Positions 22,073 to 32,974 of a DNA stretch of 64,000 nucleotides are shown here, in pieces. The DNA is from an uncultured delta proteobacterium (lineage in GTDB: Bacteria; Myxococcota_A; Polyangia; Polyangiales; Polyangiaceae). Every line of letters starts with the position of its first letter. The stretch's first letter is position 1. The notes below the pieces were generated by a model. That model worked only from the letters and a program-made list of their open reading frames with translations. It was not told the origin of the DNA and ran no database searches. Location of the stretch: positions 1,344,001 to 1,408,000 of the forward strand of contig CAVOKF010000007.1 in the NCBI GenBank assembly GCA_963696385.1, given 5' to 3'. Both the position numbers and the translations under genes were made by a program.

Positions 22073-23056
22073 ATGAAGCGCCCCCTCGACGGCTTGTGTC
22101 TCGCCCTGGCGCTCGCTCTCGCCTCGCCGCTCACCTCGGCGCAGACCGCGCCGGCGGGCCCCTCCGCGCACGATCGGCCCCTTGACAGCGTGCTTCAAGG
22201 GGCGGCGAAGGATGCGTACGTTTCGGCCCGGATCCTCTTCAACAACGGCGACTTCGCGGGTGCGGCCACCAAGTACGCCCAGGCGTACGATCTGTCGAGG
22301 GATCCGCGGCTGATCTTCAATCTCGCCATCTGCGAGAAAAACGCTCGCCACTACGCCCGAACGCAAGACTTGCTCGAGCAGTACGAGCGCGCGCTGGGCG
22401 CGCGGATCACGGCGGACGACCGAGCGACGGTCGACGCGGCGCTGGCGGCGCTTCGGAACCTGGTCGGAACGGTGCGGCTTGCGGTGACCGAGGCGGGGGC
22501 GTCGGTCTCGGTCGACGGCAAGTCTGTGGGCACGACGCCGCTCGACGCTCCGCTGCGGCTCGATCTCGGCGAGCACGCGCTCCGCGTGAAGAAGGCGGGG
22601 TTCGCGACGCACGATCAGACGGTGGAGGTCTCGGGGGGCAGCGAGACCGCCATGGCCATCACGCTGATGGCGGAGGCGCACGGGGCTCACCTCTTGGTCG
22701 TGGGCGAAGAGGACGCGACGGTGGCGATCGACGACAGGACCGTGGCCCAGGGGCGCTTCGACGGCCGAGTTGCGCCGGGCGTGCACACCGTGATCGTGAC
22801 GGCGCCGGGCAAGGTCGCATACAAGGCGGAGGTCGACCTGAAAGACGGCGAGACGCGCAGCGTGAACGTGACGCTCGAGAGCGACAACCACGGGGCCGCG
22901 GTCTGGCCGTGGATCGTGGGCGGGGTGGTGGTGGCGGCTGCCGGAGCGGCCGTCGGCGGGTACTTTTTGTTCCGGCAGCAGCCCGCGCAGGCGTCGGATC
23001 CGCCGGACAACCTGGGGTCGGCTCAACTTCCGCTCTCGGTGTGGGGGCGGCGATGA
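22073..23056 (+). CDS. TPR + PEGA domain protein
   Basis: Signal peptide, TPR helices, PEGA repeats ('GASVSVDGKSVGTTPL'), C-terminal TM. Confidence 0.85.
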   Translation: MKRPLDGLCLALALALASPLTSAQTAPAGPSAHDRPLDSVLQGAAKDAYVSARILFNNGDFAGAATKYAQAYDLSRDPRLIFNLAICEKNARHYARTQDLLEQYERALGARITADDRATVDAALAALRNLVGTVRLAVTEAGASVSVDGKSVGTTPLDAPLRLDLGEHALRVKKAGFATHDQTVEVSGGSETAMAITLMAEAHGAHLLVVGEEDATVAIDDRTVAQGRFDGRVAPGVHTVIVTAPGKVAYKAEVDLKDGETRSVNVTLESDNHGAAVWPWIVGGVVVAAAGAAVGGYFLFRQQPAQASDPPDNLGSAQLPLSVWGRR

Positions 23057-25899
23057 TCGGGTCGACCCGGTCGAACGACCGAAGCCGCCGATCCGCCAGG
23101 TCGCGTGGGATCGGGTGGGCGCGTGCCCTACCATTGGCCGCGTGCATAGTGACCGTGGGGTCGGCGACGGGCGGATGCTCGAAACCCCCCGCGAAGCCCG
23201 TGGACGGCCTCGAGCTCGTCGTCTCGACCGAGGGGCTGAACGCCCCGCAAGACTTCGACGACATCAAGCTCGAGGTGAGCGACCAGGCGGACGGGGGAGG
23301 CTGGAACAAGATCTGGGACAACGACTACACGCTGCCCTCGACGGAGGTAACGCTGCCGGCGACCTTCACGCTGTTTGCGGGGCAAAGCCCCGACGAGGTG
23401 CTCATCGCCGTGACGGCATATCAGCACGGCCAGGGTGGGACCCCGGTGGTGCAGCGAGTCGCGCAAGTGCAGGTCCCGACCGACCGCCTTGCAGTGCTGT
23501 ACCTCGTCCTGGCGCAGCAGTGCGAGGGGCAAGTGGTCGAGGCCGGCGACGGGGGCGAGCCGATGTCCCTATGCGCGAGCGGAGAGAGCTGCCAGCCGAG
23601 CACGGGCGTGTGCGGGTCGAATATCATCCCGCCATCGGCGCTGCCGACGTATACGCAAGGGCAGAGTCTCGACGCGGGGCCCGACGGCGGGTTGGGCAGC
23701 GTGGTGGCCAGCATGCCGCCGAGTTCGGGCAGCTCAGCAACCAGCAGTTCGGCGTCAAGCAGCTCGGGAGCGGGGGGGACGAGCACATCCACGAGTACGG
23801 GCACCGGCACGTCCACCGGCACGGGCGCGGACGCGGGGCCGAGCGTCACCGGTACCGCCACGGGCACCGGTACCGGGTGCACGGATGCGTGCACCGCGGG
23901 TTTGACCGAATGTATCGACGCGGGCGTGCAGACCTGTCAGACCCAAGGCGGCTGCACGCAGTGGGTCGCGACGGTCACGTGCGGCAGTCACCAGACGTGC
24001 GCGGTCACTGGCGACATTGCCGCATGCGGTTGCACTTCGACGATCTGCACCACGACGGGAGCGGTGTGCCAGGACGCCCAGACGGTTGCGACATGCGCGA
24101 AGGACGCAAACGGTTGCCTCGACGTCGCGTCGACCGTGACCTGCACGTCTCCGGAGACCTGCGCAGCAGGCGATGGTGGCCTCGGCGCCGCGTGCTCGCT
24201 GACGTGCAGCAGTAGCTGCACCAAAGGGCAGGCGTCGTGCGTCTCGGGCGATCTGGCCACCTGTACGCAGGGGATCAACGGTTGCTCGGCTCTCGGCACG
24301 CCGGTCGCGTGCGGCGCCCACCAGAGCTGCACGGGAAGCGCTTTGGCGGCGACGTGCACGTGCAACCCGTCAACCGTTTGCATCGAGATCGGGACCGCGT
24401 GCGACGGGACCGGGACCGTCGCGACATGCGACAAGGACGCGAACGGTTGTTTCTTCGCTGCATCGACGCAAGCATGCGCGTCACCGGAGTCGTGCGTGGG
24501 GGCCCCGCCGAATGCGAAGTGCGCGCTCACTTGCACCAATAGCTGCACGTCGGGCCAGACGTTATGCGTCACGGGCGGCCTCGAGACGTGCACGCTGGGT
24601 ACCGACGGCTGCTGGGCGTACGCGCCGGCGGTGGCGTGCGGGGCGCACCAAAGCTGCACGACGAGCGCCGAGGTGGCGGCATGCACGTGCAACGTTAGCT
24701 CGACGTGCACGGTCGTGGGGAACGCGTGTGAGTCCACATCCACGTTGGCAACGTGCGCACAGGACGCGCAGGGGTGTTTCTTCGAATCGCAATTGACGAC
24801 GTGCACCAACGGCGCGTGCAGCGCTGGAGCGTGTTGCAGCAACGCGTGCACGATCGGAGCCGGTCAGTGTGTTCCGGGTGGGCTGGAGACGTGCACGCAG
24901 CAGCCGAATGGGTGCGCGGCATGGGGAAGTACTGAAGCCTGCCCGGCAGCGATGCCGAATTGCACCGCAGGAGCCTGCGATGCGCCGCCGAGTTGCCAAG
25001 TGAGTGCGGTGGGCACGACGAATTGCGGAACGGCCAGCGAAAGCTGTTGCACGAGTCTAGAGGTGACGGGCGGGACGTACGATCGGACGTACGCGAACAG
25101 CGGCACCGGACCGACGGGCGTAGCCGATCCGGCGATGGTGAGCGGGTTGCGCATGGACAAGTATTTGGTGACGGTGGGTCGTTTTCGGCAGTACGTGAAC
25201 TACCTTACGGGCAACACGGGCGCGCCGCCGGCGAACGGCAGCGGTATCCATACGCATTTGAATGGGGGGCGGGGACTGGCCAATAGCGGAGCTGCGGGGG
25301 CGTTCGAGACGGGCTGGGACGCGACGGACTGGGACACGTACATCGCCACGGGGGCTGGCGCGCCTAGCACGTGGAATACGTACCTGTCCGATTGCGGCCT
25401 ATCGAGCACGTGGACGATTTCCGCGGGCACTCATGAGAACCTGCCAATTAATTGCTTGGATTGGTACCAGGCCTATGCATTCTGTATTTGGGACGGGGGC
25501 TTTTTGCCCAGCGAGGCCGAATGGGAATACGTGGCGGCAGGCGGTAGCCAGGAGTTAGAATATCCGTGGGGTTCTACGGATCCCGGGACCAGCAGCCTGT
25601 ACGCAATTTACGAGAACGACGACATGACCGCGGCGGTTGGCTCAGCGAGCCTCGGCGCTGCCACTTGGGGCCAGCTAGATATGGCGGGCAATGTCGACGA
25701 GTGGAACCTCGATTGGTATGCAACCTACGTCGATCCGTGCGCAGATTGTGCCTACCTTTCCTCAACCTCCAATCGCGTGATCCGGGGCGGCAGTTGCGAG
25801 TCTACCGGCACGTCGCTGTTGCAGCCGCCCAGCCGCAGCGACGACTTTCCTGCAGATATCGAGGAGTGGATCGGGTTCCGGTGCGCCAGAAGGCCCTGA
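23053..25899 (+). CDS. Large lipoprotein with Cys-rich repeats and C-terminal FGE-sulfatase domain
   Basis: ATGA overlap; three ~110-aa Cys-rich units; FGE motifs ending 'GFRCARRP'. Confidence 0.9.
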   Translation: MIGSTRSNDRSRRSARSRGIGWARALPLAACIVTVGSATGGCSKPPAKPVDGLELVVSTEGLNAPQDFDDIKLEVSDQADGGGWNKIWDNDYTLPSTEVTLPATFTLFAGQSPDEVLIAVTAYQHGQGGTPVVQRVAQVQVPTDRLAVLYLVLAQQCEGQVVEAGDGGEPMSLCASGESCQPSTGVCGSNIIPPSALPTYTQGQSLDAGPDGGLGSVVASMPPSSGSSATSSSASSSSGAGGTSTSTSTGTGTSTGTGADAGPSVTGTATGTGTGCTDACTAGLTECIDAGVQTCQTQGGCTQWVATVTCGSHQTCAVTGDIAACGCTSTICTTTGAVCQDAQTVATCAKDANGCLDVASTVTCTSPETCAAGDGGLGAACSLTCSSSCTKGQASCVSGDLATCTQGINGCSALGTPVACGAHQSCTGSALAATCTCNPSTVCIEIGTACDGTGTVATCDKDANGCFFAASTQACASPESCVGAPPNAKCALTCTNSCTSGQTLCVTGGLETCTLGTDGCWAYAPAVACGAHQSCTTSAEVAACTCNVSSTCTVVGNACESTSTLATCAQDAQGCFFESQLTTCTNGACSAGACCSNACTIGAGQCVPGGLETCTQQPNGCAAWGSTEACPAAMPNCTAGACDAPPSCQVSAVGTTNCGTASESCCTSLEVTGGTYDRTYANSGTGPTGVADPAMVSGLRMDKYLVTVGRFRQYVNYLTGNTGAPPANGSGIHTHLNGGRGLANSGAAGAFETGWDATDWDTYIATGAGAPSTWNTYLSDCGLSSTWTISAGTHENLPINCLDWYQAYAFCIWDGGFLPSEAEWEYVAAGGSQELEYPWGSTDPGTSSLYAIYENDDMTAAVGSASLGAATWGQLDMAGNVDEWNLDWYATYVDPCADCAYLSSTSNRVIRGGSCESTGTSLLQPPSRSDDFPADIEEWIGFRCARRP

Positions 25900-25974
25900 T
25901 CGCAGCCGGAAACGGCTTTGGTGGCACTGGCGCGGGCATTCTTGATCGGTGAAGTGCGAGTGCCGGCACGTGCG

Positions 25975-26059
25975 TGGACGCGGTCGTCTCGGAGCGCAGC
26001 CCACAGGAACCCGACGAGCTCGCGTGCGATCGCGATGACGATCTTGTTACTGTTTTTGC
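25975..26059 (-). pseudogene. IS110-family transposase C-terminal remnant
   Basis: 'NKIVIAIARELVGFLWA'; begins at the edge of site E. Confidence 0.55.
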
Positions 26060-26153
26060 CAAATCGGTTCGCCGATTCAGCGATAACGAACGCCCCTAAG
26101 ACGCGATATGTTTCCGCGCCCGCTTCCGCGGCTCTTCGTCGACCGACGCACTT
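26060..26153 (-). repeat. 110-bp site copy E, part 1 (remainder at 36595-36610)
   Basis: Joining both parts gives exactly 110 bp starting GCGAGTAGGCCGTTCA|AAGTGCGTCGG. Confidence 0.9.
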
Positions 26154-26197
26154 GTCGAGTAGCCCCGGGCGCTTACTGGCCCCGGGGCCCTCGCCGG

Positions 26198-28199
26198 GTA
26201 GGGTCGAGGACTGGCGCGGTGGCGTGCAGGGGGGCCAATCTGTTTCCGTCCCTTTCGGTTGACGGTGCCTCACTTGCCTCTCCATCGCTCCGTTTCCAGT
26301 CCCCGCCTCGTCCAACGGAGCAGGCGGATTTCCCGCACTCCGCTGTCCTGCCAGCTTCGCGCCAAGGTTTATGGGACCTATCGTGCTGGGAGCGCTTTCG
26401 GCATGTCCTGCCGCGGAGCCACTCGGTACCCATTGAAGAGCCCGAGCGTTCCGTAGAGCCATGACCTACTCCACCTCTTCCAGCCGAAACCGGGCAGGTT
26501 CCGGGCACGCATCAGATGTCGCCTCACCTTCTTCTCCACCCAGTCCTTGACGAAGCCGAAGCATCGGCTCGAGTGACCCACTCGAAAGTATTGCACCCAT
26601 CCGCGTAGAATCGGATTGATAATCTGCACCACCCGCTCCACCGGCTGGGACTGAAAACGTCGGAACACGTCCTTGAGCTTGCGCAGCAGCGCCGTCCGTT
26701 TCTTGCGTTGCGGCGTCAAATGCGGACGCCATTCACCGCGGAGACTGCGGATGCGACGAAAGTCAAAGCCGAGAAATCCGAAGCTCTCGTCTTTCGAGAG
26801 GTCCACGAGTCGACTCTTGTCTTCGTTGATTTCCACGTGAAGTTTGCTGAATTCTTCCCGGAGTCTACGGTTGACCGCCTGCAGCAACCAGGCATGGCGT
26901 CGGTAGGCGTCCACGAGGACCACAAGATCGTCAGCAAAGCGCGCATATTCGACATATGCGTACTTGCCTTCGGCCGTGACCTGTTTGGCGCGCTCGAGCA
27001 TCCTATCGACCTCATTGAGGTACAGGTTGCTGAGCACGGGTGAAATTACCCCGCCTTGGGGAACTCCCCTCTTACCGGATGCTTTGAGAATCATCGACAG
27101 GAGAGTCATGACCGCATCGTCGTTCACGCGCTTTGCGACTTTTTCGAGCAACACATGATGCCGAACGTTGTCGAAATAGGCTCGCAAATCGATGTCGAGG
27201 ATCCGGGTCTTATTCCTGACGACGGCCTCCGCTACCCGGCGGACCGCGCCATGCTGCGACCGCTTCGGGCGGTAGCCGTAGGACCCCGGTTGGAAGTCAG
27301 CTTCGAAAATGGGTTCCAGAATGAGCTTGAGTGCCCCCTGGACCACACGGTCGCGGATTGCAGGTATCGAGAGGACGCGAGTTTTGCCCCCATCCTTCGG
27401 TATCGCTTTCCGACGGTTCCGCATGGGTCGATACTGATGCGAGACTAGTTCGTCCCGTATCTGCCCGAGGAACTTCTCGACGCCGCTTGCCTCGATGGCC
27501 TCGAAGGTGACGCCGTCGATACCCGGCGCTCCATCGTTCTGCTTAACCATCTCGTAGGCGGCCTCAATCGTTTCCGTCTTGCAGACGTGGACGTACAGTC
27601 CCCAGAAACGCCAGGTTGGTTCAGCCTTCGCCTTCGCGTATATCCTCCGTCTCAGGTCCTGCAGACTAATAGGCGCCTTTATCATATCGCCCCTGCCTTC
27701 CGTTTCGTAAGAGGAATTACCAACAGCAGGGCCGCTTCGCTCCACGGGCATTACCCCGCTTCGACGCTACTACCGGCCCCTCCGCCACCCTTTCGCCTTC
27801 GGCCGACTTCCCGGGGTTGCCGGTTATACGACCTACCTTTTTCCGTCGATTTCTCGTCGGGGCGAGGAGGGCTTCTCCAGTTTCCAGCGCGTTCTTGTCT
27901 CCGTGCCGTCGCTACCACCCCGCCGGAGCGGTCCACCACGTCAACCAGTTTGTGGTGTGCCGTGCTGCCTTCGCCCTCCGGTTGAGGGCTCGGCCTCCGG
28001 GGTTTCTCCTTTTCGGGGCCACCTCTGCGTTCACTTTCGTTACGGCCCGGGGACTCGCTCACCATCCTTGCGATGGCTTTGTCAGTGGGCTTTAGGTCAT
28101 CGATTTCTCTCCTTCCTACCACTCAAGCTACGAGGCCTCTGGTTCTTAGCCTCGGTGGGACTGGCTCCCACAAAACGCGCCAGCCTTAGCTGGACGCAC
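26198..28199 (-). mobile_element. Group II intron 2 (probably class F) inserted in DV of intron 3
   Basis: 5' GTGCGTCC at 28199; 3' ..CGACCCTAC at 26198; upstream exon is DV 'GAGCCGGATGGTGGAAATCTCCTTGTCCGGTT'. Confidence 0.88.
26378..27685 (-). CDS. ltrA: Group II intron RT/maturase
   Basis: 'LQDLRRRIYAKAKAEPTWRFWGLY', PQGG, 'RFADD'. Confidence 0.93.
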   Translation of the reverse strand: MIKAPISLQDLRRRIYAKAKAEPTWRFWGLYVHVCKTETIEAAYEMVKQNDGAPGIDGVTFEAIEASGVEKFLGQIRDELVSHQYRPMRNRRKAIPKDGGKTRVLSIPAIRDRVVQGALKLILEPIFEADFQPGSYGYRPKRSQHGAVRRVAEAVVRNKTRILDIDLRAYFDNVRHHVLLEKVAKRVNDDAVMTLLSMILKASGKRGVPQGGVISPVLSNLYLNEVDRMLERAKQVTAEGKYAYVEYARFADDLVVLVDAYRRHAWLLQAVNRRLREEFSKLHVEINEDKSRLVDLSKDESFGFLGFDFRRIRSLRGEWRPHLTPQRKKRTALLRKLKDVFRRFQSQPVERVVQIINPILRGWVQYFRVGHSSRCFGFVKDWVEKKVRRHLMRARNLPGFGWKRWSRSWLYGTLGLFNGYRVAPRQDMPKALPAR

Positions 28200-28253
28200 A
28201 ACCGGACAAGGAGATTTCCACCATCCGGCTCTTCCGCTGAGCTGGCTCGTGGG

Positions 28254-28793
28254 TTACGTCCCCCAGATTCGGACCTTGATGCGGGGACGCGGGAGAGGAA
28301 GACGCTGCAGAAGCTCGTCATACTTTTCCCAGGTGAGGTGCGCTTGTTGGCTCCGACGGCGGAGCCACTTATACCAAACTCGCCTCGTCTCTTCGGCAAA
28401 CAGAAGCAGACTGCGAAAGTTGCCGCTGATGCCGAAATAGTTGAAGTGACCTTGGATGCGCCTCGTGAGCGCGGCGTGCTGCTCCTTGACCGGAAGGTGT
28501 CGATGGCGACGACACCAGTCCGCGACGGCTTGAATCGACCGTCGTAGGCGCGCACTCCGTGTCTTGCACGTCATTCCCCATCGACCGCTTCGGGAGCGCT
28601 GCCAGTACAGCGTGAATCCCAGAAAGTCGAAGGTGGCCGGACCCTTGCCGCCAACTTGCTCCGCCGGCGGACGCCGGAAGGGCAAGAGGCGGGTCTTGTC
28701 CGGGTGCAGGGTCAGCCCGAAACGCCCCATCCGCTTTCCCAGAACGTTCCATCACACGCTCCGCGTCGTCCTGATGTTCGAATGTCATCACGA
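28254..28793 (-). pseudogene. ltrA: Intron 3 RT, C-terminal exon (+1 frameshift near 28747)
   Basis: 'FVMTFEHQDDAERVM' then 'RFGLTLHPDKTR..FDFLGF' in the next frame. Confidence 0.8.
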
Positions 28794-30672
28794 GGTGAGT
28801 AGGCTGGGGGAATTTCACCCCCAGCCTCTCTCAGAACCGTACTTGAACGTCTCCGCTCATACGGCTCCCATCATCCAACCGCCGGCTTCAGCCCCAGCAA
28901 CTGCCAGTGCGCGAAAAGCCGAGGCTCGCGGCGACCGATGCCTCCGAGCCAATGCTCAGCTCGGCGACGGTGTCGTCGCAGCCTTTTGAATTTCCTCATG
29001 GCCCAACGGACGAGCAATCCGTTGAAGTGTCGGAAGACCGAGTGCAGGGCAGACTTGTAGAACCGACCGTAGTACTGGATCCAGCCCCGAAGGACTGGGT
29101 TCCACATGCGTGCCAAGTCGTCGATGGCCTTGTCGCTCCGCAGAGGAATCCGCCAGCGTCGCATTTCCTGTCGCATCCGCTTCGCCGCGTCGTTGCTGAC
29201 GGCGGGGGTGAAGTTCACGAAGAACTTCCCCCGCCGATTCTTCGACCGGCGAGGACGGAACGTGTACCCGAGGAAGGTAAACTTCTCCTCGGGATAGCGC
29301 CCCTTCCTATCGTCATCTTTGCAGTAGACGATGCGCGTCTTCTCGGGATGCACTTCCAATCGGCAGTGCGCGAGTCGACGCTTGATGTTCGCCAGGACCT
29401 GCTGTGCTTGCTTCTCCGTCTTGCAGTGCGCCACAATATCGTCCGCATACCTCTCGAACGGCACGTCCGGATGCGTTGTGCGCATCCATTCGTCGAACGC
29501 GAGATGCAAGAAGATATTTGCCAGAAGAGGACTCGCTACCCCGCCTTGCGGAGTCCCCTTCGTTCGCGGTACCCGCGTGCCATCCTCCAGTTGCACGGGG
29601 GCTTCCAGCCACCGCTTTACATAGAGAAGGACCCACGGGCACGGCGTGTACTTGCCGACCGCGCGCATTATCAGCGCGTGGTCGAGGTTGTCAAAGAAGC
29701 CTCGGATGTCCAGGTCGATGACCCAGTCGTATCGCCAGCATCGCTGCCGGGTCGCCGCCAGAGCATCGGCTGCAGACTTCCGTGGCCTGTACCCATAGGA
29801 ATCGGGGTGGAAATGCGGCTCCACTTCCGGTTCCAGATACATCTTGACGACCGTCTGGGCGACCCGGTCTGAAACGGTCGGTATGCCCAGACGCCTCTCG
29901 CCTCCGTCTTTCTTCGGTATCGCTACCGACCGAACGGGCGGCGGGAAGTACGTTCCCGACGACATGCGATTCCAAATCTTATAGAGGTTGTTCTTCAGAT
30001 TCTTCTCGAACTCCTCGATGGACTCGGAATCGACTCCGGCCGCTCCGCCGTTCGCCTTCACCCGCTTATACGCTTCCCACACCGCCATTTTGGAAATGCT
30101 ATACGGCTTGGCTTGGCTCGGCGGCTCCTCCCGCTTCCGCGGTTGACCGTCGATACAAGCCGAATGACGCGACCCCCTCGCTCCATCGGGTTTCCCCGGC
30201 TTCTCCGCTACTACGGGCCGCTCCGCCCCTGTGCCTCGCATCGGTACTCTCATCCTCGTGGGGCCTCCACTTGGACTTCTCCCTTAACATCGAGGCGACA
30301 GGTTCCCACGTTCCACACAAGGGCCTGGTCTCGGTTCACGCCACCTTTATGCCGGATGCCGCCCAGGCCAGCTGCAGGTTCCTCCTGGGCTTGTCCCGGG
30401 CAAACGACTCGTCCCGGTTTTGACATCGTTCCTACGCTTTCGACACGTTTCCGGTGGTTCATTCGCTTCGTCTCCCGAGGCCTCACCTGACGCGATCATC
30501 GCCGCGCCTTTTCCATCGACGCGCACCACCCCGGCTCTTTACCGGAGCAGCTCGTGGTGGTTTGGAGCCGGTGCCTGCCGACCGACCCGAGGGGCCTACC
30601 CTCATCCCTTGTGCAGCAAGGCAGCGTTTTAGTTGACCATTTCGGTCTCCCTTCCGCGCCGTCGTGGCGCAC
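28794..30672 (-). mobile_element. Group II intron 4 (class D, RmInt1-like) inserted just after YADD of the intron 3 RT
   Basis: 5' GTGCGCC at 30672; 3' ..CTACTCACC at 28794; splicing restores YADD-F-VMTF. Confidence 0.9.
28871..30123 (-). CDS. ltrA: Group II intron RT/maturase (start uncertain; first ATG 30088)
   Basis: 'VWEAYKRVKANGGAAGVD', 'LYKIWNRMSSGTYFPPPV', 'FERYADD'; CCG sits at the expected start after GGAGGAG. Confidence 0.9.
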
Positions 30673-31453
30673 AGTCGTCCGCATAACGCACGAGGTGAGC
30701 TTCCCCGCGCAGACGCGGCTTGACATCGCGCTCGAACCACAGGTCCAATACGTAGTGGAGATAGACGTTGCCGAGTATCGGCGAGAGCACGGACCCTTGC
30801 GCTGCGCCCGTGTCCGGCTCGGCGTATTCCGAGCCGTCGAGCACCCCAACGTGCAAGCACTTGCCAATCAGCCGCATCAGCGACCCATCGGCCACCCGAA
30901 TTTGGAGCATCTCCTTCAGCTGGGTGCGATCCAAGCTGTCGAAGAAGGACACGACGTCGGCCTCCAAAATCCAGCTCACCTTACCCTGATGCGCAATACG
31001 GTCGAGGGCTCGAATGGCGTCATGGGCACCGCGACCGGGCCGGAAGCCGTACGAGCATTCCAAAAAGTCCTGCTCGTATATCGCCTCCAGCACTTCGCGT
31101 AGGGCGTCCTGGACCAACTTGTCCTCGTACGCAGAAATCCCAATCGGCCGTGTCTTGCCCCTTTCCTTTGGGATGTGAACACGCCGGATTGGCTGATGGC
31201 GATACTGCTTCGCCACCAACCGCTCGTGCAGGCTTCGGAGATTTTCTTCCAGGGCCTGCCCGTACTGCTCCTTCGTGACCCCATCCACGCCGACCGCCGC
31301 ATCGTTGCGCATGCGCTTGTCGGCTCGCATCAAGGCGGGCACATCGATAAGATGTGCCAGCGAGTGGAACCGTCCTTCGGGCTCCCTTTTCGCTCGCTCC
31401 ACTACCTTCAATAGTTTCGGTGACATGTCTTCCAACGTCGATGCGTCGGGCAT
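30673..31453 (-). CDS. ltrA: Intron 3 RT, N-terminal exon
   Basis: 'RFHSLAHLID', 'RPIGI', 'AQGSVLSP', 'RYADD'. Confidence 0.88.
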
Positions 31454-31799
31454 GGTTCCGTCCTGAAGTTCAACTCAGCACGGGCCGCCTTTGCTCGGCC
31501 GGGTCCGGGGTGCCAATCCGTTCCCCGACGTCCACGCTCGTATGCGGCCCTCCGACTCCCCCGCTTCAGCGGCGCCTTTGGAGTGATCCACTTCGGGTCA
31601 CCGAAGTGATCCACCCGTCGCGGGGATCGGGGTGTCAGCGGCGGCGGGATCGTGACCCACCCCTTGCTATCGGAAAGGGCGCGCGTCAGGGCCGGTGGCT
31701 CGCACCCGAGATGCTCGGCCGGGCGAAGGGGGGAACCGCCAAGACGCCGGTAGGACTCGCGAGCGCTCGGGCCCGCGGCTCAGTGCGGGAGTCCGGCTA

Positions 31800-32114
31800 T
31801 CAGAAGGTGTTGTCGTCGGTGGGATCGTGCGCGGGTGGCATCGCCGCTTCGCGGACGGCGTGGCGGTAGCGCCAGAGCGTTTCGCGCAAGGTGGCGGCCC
31901 TGCGGCAGATCGTGTGGGCGAGGAAGACGACAGGGCCTTGGTCGCGTGGCCTATGGAAGTCGTCGATGAGCGTCTGGTGCTCGGCCAAGAGCGCGTCGGC
32001 AGCGAGGTCGAGCGCGTGTTCGAGCAGAATGATGGAGGCGAGCTCCGGCGCGACGACGAGGTCCGGGACGCGGGGCGGAGGCGGAGCGGGTGGAACGCGG
32101 CGCGGGCGCCTCAC
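31800..32114 (-). CDS. Small IS-borne hypothetical protein
   Basis: Copy of 7773-8087. Confidence 0.6.
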   Translation of the reverse strand: MRRPRRVPPAPPPPRVPDLVVAPELASIILLEHALDLAADALLAEHQTLIDDFHRPRDQGPVVFLAHTICRRAATLRETLWRYRHAVREAAMPPAHDPTDDNTF

Positions 32115-32974
32115 GGCGCCGTCGCCCGAGTGGGTGCGACCGGCTTGCCGGCACGCTCGGCAGCGACGTGCTGGCGGTAGCTCGGTCCGTCGATGTCGAT
32201 ACGAATGGCATGCATGGCGAGCCGATCGAGAATGGCGGCGGCGACGGTCGCGTCTCCCAGGTAGCGTCCCCACTGGCGCAAATCGATATTGGAGGTGACC
32301 GCGGTCGAGAGCTTGCCGTGCCTGCGATCGACGAGGTTGAAGAGAGTATGGGCGGCGGTGGGCTCGTCGTCGCGCTGGCGCACCTGCCCCAGGCCGACGT
32401 CGTCGATGACGAGCAGGTCGGGTCGTGCCCAGGCCTTCAGGCGTCGGGGGTAGGTGCCGTCGGCGAGGCCGGCGTGCAGGTCGGCGAGCAGGTCGACGCA
32501 CCGCGCGTAGCGCAGGGAGATGCCCTGCACGCAGGCGCGCAGGGAGAGAGCCTTGAGGATGTGACTCTTGCCGGTGCCGCTCTTTCCCGTGATGACCAGG
32601 TCGTCGTGGCGCCTGACGAAGTCGAGGCGGGCGAGCTCCAGCACGAGGCTCTTGTCGATCGAGGGTTGGAAGTCCCAGTCGAAGGCCTCGAGTGTCTTTC
32701 GCTCGACCAGGCCGCTGACCCGGATACGCCGGTCCAGGCGTGCGGCCGACTTGTGATCGACCTCAGCGGCCAGGACGTGCTCGAGCAGGGCGGTGTGTCC
32801 GGGTCGCTCGCGGGTGGCCCACGCGAGCCAGTCGTCGAGCGTGGAGAGCGTATGGGAGAGGCCCAAGTAGCCGAGGTGCCGGCGCAGGCGATCGATCACC
32901 ACGACGGCCTCGTCAGAGGCCGGGCCGGTCACCCGGTCATTGGAGTCTGGTTTATCCGTTTTGGTCTTGGCCAT
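32111..32974 (-). CDS. istB: IS21 helper ATPase
   Basis: Copy of 6913-7776. Confidence 0.95.
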   Translation of the reverse strand: MAKTKTDKPDSNDRVTGPASDEAVVVIDRLRRHLGYLGLSHTLSTLDDWLAWATRERPGHTALLEHVLAAEVDHKSAARLDRRIRVSGLVERKTLEAFDWDFQPSIDKSLVLELARLDFVRRHDDLVITGKSGTGKSHILKALSLRACVQGISLRYARCVDLLADLHAGLADGTYPRRLKAWARPDLLVIDDVGLGQVRQRDDEPTAAHTLFNLVDRRHGKLSTAVTSNIDLRQWGRYLGDATVAAAILDRLAMHAIRIDIDGPSYRQHVAAERAGKPVAPTRATAP

